Assembly: GCA_021817125.1 (NCBI GenBank)
Contig: JAKAWC010000001.1
Coordinates: 12,327-76,326, forward strand
DNA length: 64,000 nt
Direction of reading: 5' to 3'
Source: Candidatus Micrarchaeota archaeon
Lineage (GTDB): Archaea; Micrarchaeota; Micrarchaeia; Micrarchaeales; CABMGC01
Below are positions 25,955 to 32,400 of this stretch, in pieces. Positions within the stretch are counted from its first letter, which is position 1. Every line of letters starts with the position of its first letter. Under the pieces are notes generated by a model. That model was not told the origin of the DNA and made no database searches. It worked only from the letters and a program-made list of their open reading frames with translations. The translations under genes were made by a program, and so were the position numbers.

Positions 25955-26383
25955 TCACTTGACCCGATAAGCTCCTCTGTATGCGGCTAGGCCTGGACTC
26001 GATGCCCCAACCGTGGGGGTGTAAGCAGGGCGTGGTGCGGCCTGCGCAGTGACGGGAGCAGATCCCGGCTCAGGCAGAACCTGAACAGGGCGTATGATTA
26101 CGCCCGGAAATGCTATCCTCAGCACCCTTTGTCCTTCCCCGGTGAGTGCGTATGTCCCGTCCTTATTCTGTGTGGCATACCTACTCTGGGGTCCGGTAAC
26201 GGATTTTAGTATGTGGGAAATATCAAACTTATCCCTCGGGAAGGCAGATGCCAACATCTGTTCCGTCTGTGGACCTCTATCGTTGATATACCGTAGGACG
26301 TGCCACATCGGTGCGATTGTCCCCGCCCCTTCTTGTGGCGCTGCCTGCTGCTGAAGCTCTTGTTTCTTCTTTCCGAATAACAT
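25955..26383 (-). CDS. Hypothetical protein, possible winged-helix fold
   Basis: 142 aa. The WHVLRYINDRGPQTEQML...DGTYALTGEGQRVL pattern is wHTH-like. P/A-rich tail. Confidence 0.4.
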   Translation of the reverse strand: MLFGKKKQELQQQAAPQEGAGTIAPMWHVLRYINDRGPQTEQMLASAFPRDKFDISHILKSVTGPQSRYATQNKDGTYALTGEGQRVLRIAFPGVIIRPVQVLPEPGSAPVTAQAAPRPAYTPTVGASSPGLAAYRGAYRVK

Positions 26384-26493
26384 CGTAGCACCGTTAATAC
26401 TTGGAGGCGATCGCCTTTTATTTGTTGTCCCTGCGCTAAAACCGGGTTATCGAGTCTGACCTTTTGAAGCACAGGTTGCTCCCGAAAAGCAAA

Positions 26494-26526
26494 CCTTTAT
26501 ATATCTTATAATGTTATAACATTATA
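26494..26526 (+). promoter_or_regulatory. A/T box plus perfect 20-bp palindrome (candidate RHH operator)
   Basis: TTTATATAT at 26497-26505, followed by TATAATGTTA|TAACATTATA at 26507-26526, ending 15 nt before ATG 26542. Confidence 0.55.
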
Positions 26527-26541
26527 GTACATGGGGAAACG

Positions 26542-26775
26542 ATGCCAAAGAAATCATCCACTCCAAGGAGGAAGTATACCACGATAACGATACCGGCGCC
26601 GCTGTTCGACAAGATAACCGAGAGGATAAAGGACACCGGATTCTCGTCGGTGTCGGACTACGTTACGTACGTCTTGCGTGAGCTCATGGCAGAGATGGCG
26701 AAGGGCACAAAGGCGGGCGTGAAGGAAGGAGAAGCGGTCATCGACAAACTCCGCGCCCTCGGTTATGTTCAGTGA
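26542..26775 (+). CDS. Ribbon-helix-helix (CopG/Arc-type) DNA-binding protein
   Basis: KYTTITIPAPLFDKITERIKDTGFSSVSDYVTYVLRELM fits a beta-strand/helix/helix RHH pattern. C-terminus DKLRALGYVQ. Confidence 0.7.
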   Translation: MPKKSSTPRRKYTTITIPAPLFDKITERIKDTGFSSVSDYVTYVLRELMAEMAKGTKAGVKEGEAVIDKLRALGYVQ

Positions 26776-27067
26776 TTCTATGTTCGAGAAAGATATCAGG
26801 CCGATTGCGGATGCACTCTGGAAGGACCAGTCCAAGCAGAACTGGGAGGCTTTTGGCACAAGCCTGAAGAAGAGCGGCCTTAAGTATTATAGGATAGTGT
26901 TCGAGGCGGGGAAGCTCGAGAAGCAAGACGACCTGCGCACGTCCTACGCGGAGCTTTATGACGCAAAGGAGAAGCTAGTCGCGAAGATCCCGATATTTAT
27001 GACCGATGGAGCGAACGTTGAAGGCGCCACCATATATCTGAAGGGCCTTCTGAACCTGAATAGATGA
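26765..27067 (+). CDS. Hypothetical protein
   Basis: 100 aa. Overlaps the RHH gene end by 11 nt and ends 4 nt before cysD. No motif recognised. Confidence 0.45.
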   Translation: MFSDSMFEKDIRPIADALWKDQSKQNWEAFGTSLKKSGLKYYRIVFEAGKLEKQDDLRTSYAELYDAKEKLVAKIPIFMTDGANVEGATIYLKGLLNLNR

Positions 27068-27071
27068 TCGT

Positions 27072-27860
27072 ATGATACAACAAGACACAAAAGAATTGGA
27101 GGAGAGAGCAATATTCGTCATGCGGGAAGCCAAGACTAAATTTAAAAATGTCGCTGCGATGTGGTCTATGGGCAAGGACTCTACAACGATGCTCGCACTG
27201 GCAAGGAAAGCATTTCTGGGCAAAGTGCCATTCCCAGTTATCCACATTGATAACGGAATCGATTTTCCAGAGACATACGCCTTCCGGGAAGAATTAGCAA
27301 AGAAGTGGAAACTTGATTTGATAGTTGCGAAGAGCGAGATAAAACCAGAACTTTCGGGCTTTGCATGCTGTGGGGCAAATAAGACTGTTGCGTTGAAGAG
27401 AGTTATGGAAGAGCATGGGATTGATGCACTAATAGTGTCGATAAGAAGGGATGAGCACGGAATCCGCGCCAAGGAGAGGTATATGAGCCCACGAGACAAA
27501 GAATTTAAGTGGGATTATAAGAACCAGCCTGCAGAGATCTGGGATGACTACTCAAGTAAGTTGGACGCAAAAGGGCACATAAGGGTGCACCCCCTGTTAG
27601 ATTTCAATGAAATAGATATATGGCAATATGTAAAGAAGAATAAAGTCCCGGTCAACCCACTCTATTTCTCAAGGAATGGGCTGAGATTCAGATCGCTTGG
27701 TTGTACCCACTGTACGGTCGCCTTAAAGTCGGATGCAAAGAATGTCGATGATATAATAAAGGAACTTGAGAGCACTGAGACCGAAGAGAGGTCTGGCAGA
27801 AGCCAGGACAAGGAAAAGATGTACACAATGGAAAAGCTTCGCGCATTGGGATATTTCTGA
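27072..27860 (+). CDS. cysD: Sulfate adenylyltransferase subunit 2 (CysD, PAPS-reductase/PP-loop fold)
   Basis: Collinear with the remembered E. coli CysD: WSMGKDSTTML PP-loop, RRDEHGIRAKERY, IRVHPLLDFNEIDIWQY, FRSLGC, ERSGRSQDKE...LRALGYF C-terminus. Confidence 0.85.
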   Translation: MIQQDTKELEERAIFVMREAKTKFKNVAAMWSMGKDSTTMLALARKAFLGKVPFPVIHIDNGIDFPETYAFREELAKKWKLDLIVAKSEIKPELSGFACCGANKTVALKRVMEEHGIDALIVSIRRDEHGIRAKERYMSPRDKEFKWDYKNQPAEIWDDYSSKLDAKGHIRVHPLLDFNEIDIWQYVKKNKVPVNPLYFSRNGLRFRSLGCTHCTVALKSDAKNVDDIIKELESTETEERSGRSQDKEKMYTMEKLRALGYF

Positions 27861-27870
27861 GGAGGCGCTT

Positions 27871-28143
27871 ATGACTACTAAAGGTCGTAAACAATCTGCA
27901 GAATGGGTACAAAAGCGTGTAGAAGCGAGGCGGGGGTACCATCCCTCCGAGAAAACACTCAGAAAGATGCGCCAGGCGAAAGCTGGTCGCAATAACCCTT
28001 CGTTCGGAAAACCTAGAGCCAAATCCTCGGATCTAGCCGAAGCTGGATTCATCGTACTACGCTTTCGGGAACACGATGTACGAGACAATGTTGGCAGATG
28101 CGTTGAAAAGGTAATGGAAAATATTAACCAAATCAGATCGTGA
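27871..28143 (+). CDS. NUMOD3-motif protein with Vsr/DUF559-like C-terminal remnant (degenerate homing-endonuclease-like ORF)
   Basis: 90 aa. GGAGG lies 6 nt upstream of ATG 27871. Two NUMOD3-like motifs (GRKQSAEWVQKRVEARRG; HPSEKTLRKMRQAKAGRNNPSFGK), then GFIVLRFREHDVRDNVGRCVEKV. Confidence 0.5.
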   Translation: MTTKGRKQSAEWVQKRVEARRGYHPSEKTLRKMRQAKAGRNNPSFGKPRAKSSDLAEAGFIVLRFREHDVRDNVGRCVEKVMENINQIRS

Positions 28144-29363
28144 GTTCGATGATGATAAGCAGGGTAACCTTATTGGGTCATAAAGACCATGGAAAGTCTA
28201 CGCTTATCGGGAGCCTTCTTATTTCTACAGGATCCGTGACTCAAGAAAGACTTAACGATGCGAAAAAGATAAGCCAGCAGCTCGGCAGGCAGTTCGAACC
28301 TGCGTATATACTCGACAGCTTCTCCGAGGAGCGCGAGGGAGAAATGACCATAGACATAACCCGCGCCCAGATAAAGTACAAGGAGCACGCGTTCGAGTTC
28401 ATCGACGTGCCTGGGCACGAGGAGCTTATCAAGAACATGATGAGCGGTGCATCTTACGCGGACTTTGCACTCCTGCTCGTCTCCGCAAAGCCTGACGAGG
28501 GGATTCGAGATCAGACAAAACGTCACTTGTTCCTGGCCAAGATGATGGGAATAAGAAGGATTGTTATAGCCGTGAACAAGATGGACACCGTTGACTACAG
28601 TGAGGCAAGGTTCAAGGAGATAAGGAAGGAGCTTGTCGCGTTCCTCACCAAGATAGGTTTTCAGAAGAAGAACCTCGCCCTCGTCCCGATATCCGCATAC
28701 AACGCACAGAACCTCATAAAGCTCGAGGAGAAGATGCCTTGGTACAGGGGAGAGCCTCTGCTCGACGAGATCGTCTCGCTCAGTACGAAGAGGAGGGCAG
28801 ACAAGAAGGGGGCGCTGCGTGTAATACTTCAGGGCGCGCTCGAAGGTACAGACATGCTCTCAGGAAAGGTCATACGCGGGACGCTCAGCGCTGGAGAGGG
28901 CATTTTATTGCCTCCGCGGGAGAGCAGATACACGATAAAAGAAGTGGTTGTTAAGGGCAGACACAGGAAGAGGGCAACGGCTGGAGAGAATCTCGCACTG
29001 ACCCTGGCAGAACCGATTGATTTCGAGCCGAGAGGGCAGGTAATCTGCGGGTTGGGGGATGACCTAAAGGCAACGAATAGAGTCAACGCGATCCTCTTTG
29101 CGACCAAGAAGCTTGGCGAAGGCACAAAGATAAAGTTCAACGGCAGCGAGATATCATGCAGCGTAAAAGTGGATAACATCATCGACATAACGAGCGGAGA
29201 TACCAGGCAGGGAAGCGAGATAGAGCCCCTTGGCGCCGGCAACGTAACGCTCGATCTGTCAAAAGTGATAGTCGCAGAACCGTTCGACAAGCTCCAGGAG
29301 ATGGGGCGCTTCGTGATCTACGACAACGGCGGCTTCGCAGGGATAGGGATAATCACTTCCTAG
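28140..29363 (+). CDS. cysN: Sulfate adenylyltransferase subunit 1-like GTPase (CysN / EF-1alpha family)
   Basis: G1 GHKDHGKST, DSFSEEREGEMTID, G3 DVPGHEE, G4 NKMD, beta-barrel domains. GTG 28140 overlaps the upstream TGA; ATG 28149 is an alternative start. No APS-kinase domain. Confidence 0.8.
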   Translation: MSSMMISRVTLLGHKDHGKSTLIGSLLISTGSVTQERLNDAKKISQQLGRQFEPAYILDSFSEEREGEMTIDITRAQIKYKEHAFEFIDVPGHEELIKNMMSGASYADFALLLVSAKPDEGIRDQTKRHLFLAKMMGIRRIVIAVNKMDTVDYSEARFKEIRKELVAFLTKIGFQKKNLALVPISAYNAQNLIKLEEKMPWYRGEPLLDEIVSLSTKRRADKKGALRVILQGALEGTDMLSGKVIRGTLSAGEGILLPPRESRYTIKEVVVKGRHRKRATAGENLALTLAEPIDFEPRGQVICGLGDDLKATNRVNAILFATKKLGEGTKIKFNGSEISCSVKVDNIIDITSGDTRQGSEIEPLGAGNVTLDLSKVIVAEPFDKLQEMGRFVIYDNGGFAGIGIITS

Positions 29364-29426
29364 TGGATTACCGGTTTTTATGCGACTTTTCCGTCGTTTT
29401 GGGCAATGTCCATTTCTTAAACAACG

Positions 29427-29435
29427 TTTTTAAAG
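29427..29435 (+). promoter_or_regulatory. A/T box TTTTTAAAG upstream of giant gene
   Basis: Centre is about 25 nt upstream of GTG 29456, which implies a leaderless or near-leaderless mRNA. Confidence 0.4.
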
Positions 29436-29455
29436 CAGGAAAATAGATTAAAAAC

Positions 29456-32400
29456 GTGGCCTTTATAAGAAAGCCGCCAACTTCAGGCGACCCGAGTGTT
29501 GGTCTTAACACACCAGCCCCGAACCATGCCGTTGGAGGCGAGAAGACAACGTATCCGACCGTTCCCATAGAGAAACTGCTAGGTCCCGAAGGAGAAAAGA
29601 TTGCGAAAGCGATAGACCAATACTATTTGGGCCAAGGCAACGAACTAGGAATCCTTGATGTTTACACGAATTCCAGATATAGGATAATCATCGACTTGGG
29701 CGAGGTGAGATATGAGGACTCTTTGGCCTCCATCGTACAGAGAATGCGCCATTCTAAGGATTGCGCCGCTAAAGGGATCACTTCCCTTGGAGCTGCAAAA
29801 GACTTCTTAGCAGCAAAGGCGGGCAGAGCTGTTCCGCCTCACAAAAATAGGAAGTGGGCTGTAAGAACCCATCCGAAAATCACAACCGAAGAGCTGCTCC
29901 AACCCGAACTCGGGCAGAAATTAGTGGATGCCCTTGACCGGGAATATGTGGCTTTGGGACTTGCCGGCGGGCTCTCTGAAGTCAGTGCCAGTGACAAGCG
30001 TAGAGTCATCATTATCGTGGATGGGAAGGCGTACGAGGAGCGAATGCATTTGCTGTCCCTGCGGATATCCAAGTCCGACACATTTAAGGAGATGGGCATT
30101 GAAGGAATCGGCACCGCTAGGGACTGGCTGGCAAAGACCGCTGGCAGAGAGGTTTATGCACAGCTTCAGGTGGATGATATACTCCAAGAGGGGATAGGGC
30201 AAAAGTTCGTGCTTGCGCTCGATGCCGCCTTGGTCGCAGCAGGCGTAGAAAATGGCCTTGCCGGTGCAAATAAGTGGACTAACGACCGGTTGATATTCGA
30301 GGTGAACGGCAAGAAGTATGCAGATACCATCAGTGCCATCATGCAAAGATGCATCCATCATTCTGAGGCATTTAGGGAACGAGGATTGACAACCGGCAGC
30401 AAAGTGCTGGACTTTCTCGCCAGAGCTGCCAACAGAGAGCCTCCCAGAAGGAGGGATACCAGTCGCATAACGAGAACGCATTCCCCCGTTGACGAATCAC
30501 TGCTCTTGGGTGAGACGGGCGAACGGTTGGCCAAACTGATTGATGCCGAATGCGTAAAGAGAGGTTTTACTGAAGGCGTATCACAGGTGTCGGTAACAGA
30601 CAAGGGAAGGATGACATTCGTTCTTGATGGAGTGACAAATGAGGACTCAATCCAGACAATAGTCTCTAGGGCGTGGAGGTTGGAGTCCTTTAGAACTGCC
30701 GGCTACGATTCTCCTAGAAAGATCAGAGATCTCATTGCGAAAAAAGCAGGGAGAACAATCTATCCGACCTTGCCATTGGAAGTATTGCTCCAGGAGGACC
30801 GCGGGAAAAAGCTTGCAAATGCTATAGAGCAGGGGTATATTGCCGCCGGAATAGAAGGGGGCATAAAAGGGGTAAACGCCCACGACCCCACATTGTTTCT
30901 CTTTGAGTTTGAAGGCGTAACATATCAGGACAGCATGAATAGGATGGTCCAGAGGGCGCAAAAATTTGAGTCTTTTAACGCTAAAGGATCTTTGAGGGCC
31001 TCGCAGCTCAGGAGACTTATGATGGAAAAGGTAGGTAAGACAAGTTACGACAAAGTTCCTGCAGAAGTATTCTTGGATCCAGTGCTCTCTCCGCTGTTTA
31101 CCGATGCAATAAATAAAGCGCTGATCGACTCCGGGATTCCAGGCGGCATAGCTGCAACGTCGGTGAGTTATGCCAAGCCCCTGGAATTTAGCATCGGGGA
31201 GAAGCACTATTCCGACAAGTTCAATCTAATAGTGCTAAGAATATATCACTGCCCCGCCTTCTCTCTATTGGGTGTCAACACCTACAAATCTGCAAAGGAG
31301 TTTCTGTTAAAAGTGGCAAAGGGAGAGGCGTTCGTCGAGAATCAACGAGCTGCAGTGGCTGGCATTAATCCTGAAAACGTTCCGAATATCCCAGACCACA
31401 ATCCAAGAGCAAACAGGAGAGTGGGTCTCAATCCCCTCCCAATCGCACTCCTTTTCGGCGAAGAACACGGAGCGGTTGCTATGGCGATAGACGAGGCATG
31501 CGTCAAGGCAGGTTCGCCGGATGGCCTAGACATGAACCTAGATGACAGGAGGCTTCTGACTATAACGTTTAAGGGCATGGTCTATACTGACACGTTCGGT
31601 CTCATCGTGACCCATCTCGCAAAGTCCGGCAGGGAACTGCCTGGAGATGTGAATACATTTGACAAAAGCAGGGCGAAGATGCTCCTGATGGTGCTTGCGA
31701 GCAGAAAACCCAAGAAGACGTTGCCAATCGATAGCCTTTTGGGCGATAAGAGGAAAGATGCCGTCTTGGCCATTGACAAAGCATGTTTAGAGCTAGGGAT
31801 AAAAGATGGAGTTGCAGGAATACTTGCAGAAAACAGAAGGAAGATCAAGATAACTCTCGGCGATGAGACATTTGAGGACAGCACCGCAGGCATAACCGAC
31901 AGAATGAGAGCCAAACCGGAGTTCAGGAAACTCGGAATCACGAGGTTTGCCCATGCTAGAGACTGGTTGATCAAAGAGGCGGGCCGTGATGTATACAGGA
32001 TCCTGACCGTGGACATTCTCTTAGGCAAGGATTGTGAACGATTTGTTAGAGCCGTTGATGATTGTCTGATAGGGTTCGGAATAGAAGGGGGCATTGCAGA
32101 GGCCAGGACCAATGTCCGAAAAACATTCAAATTTGAACTTGACGGAGAGAAGTATTCGGACAATTTTTCTGCCCTACTCCAAAGAATGATTAACTCTGAG
32201 GACTTTCAGAGACTTAACGTCAATAAATTGACTTCTGCGAGGGTCTGGTTGGCAAGTAAGATAGAAAAGGAAGTGATTCTGCCGATGCCATACGAAGAAC
32301 TCCTTGGCGAGAATGCCGGTAAAGTAGCCGAAGCATTTCATGACGCATGTTTGAAGGCAGGCATAACAGGAGGCCTTCAAGGTGCCAGTAGGTCGAGCCA

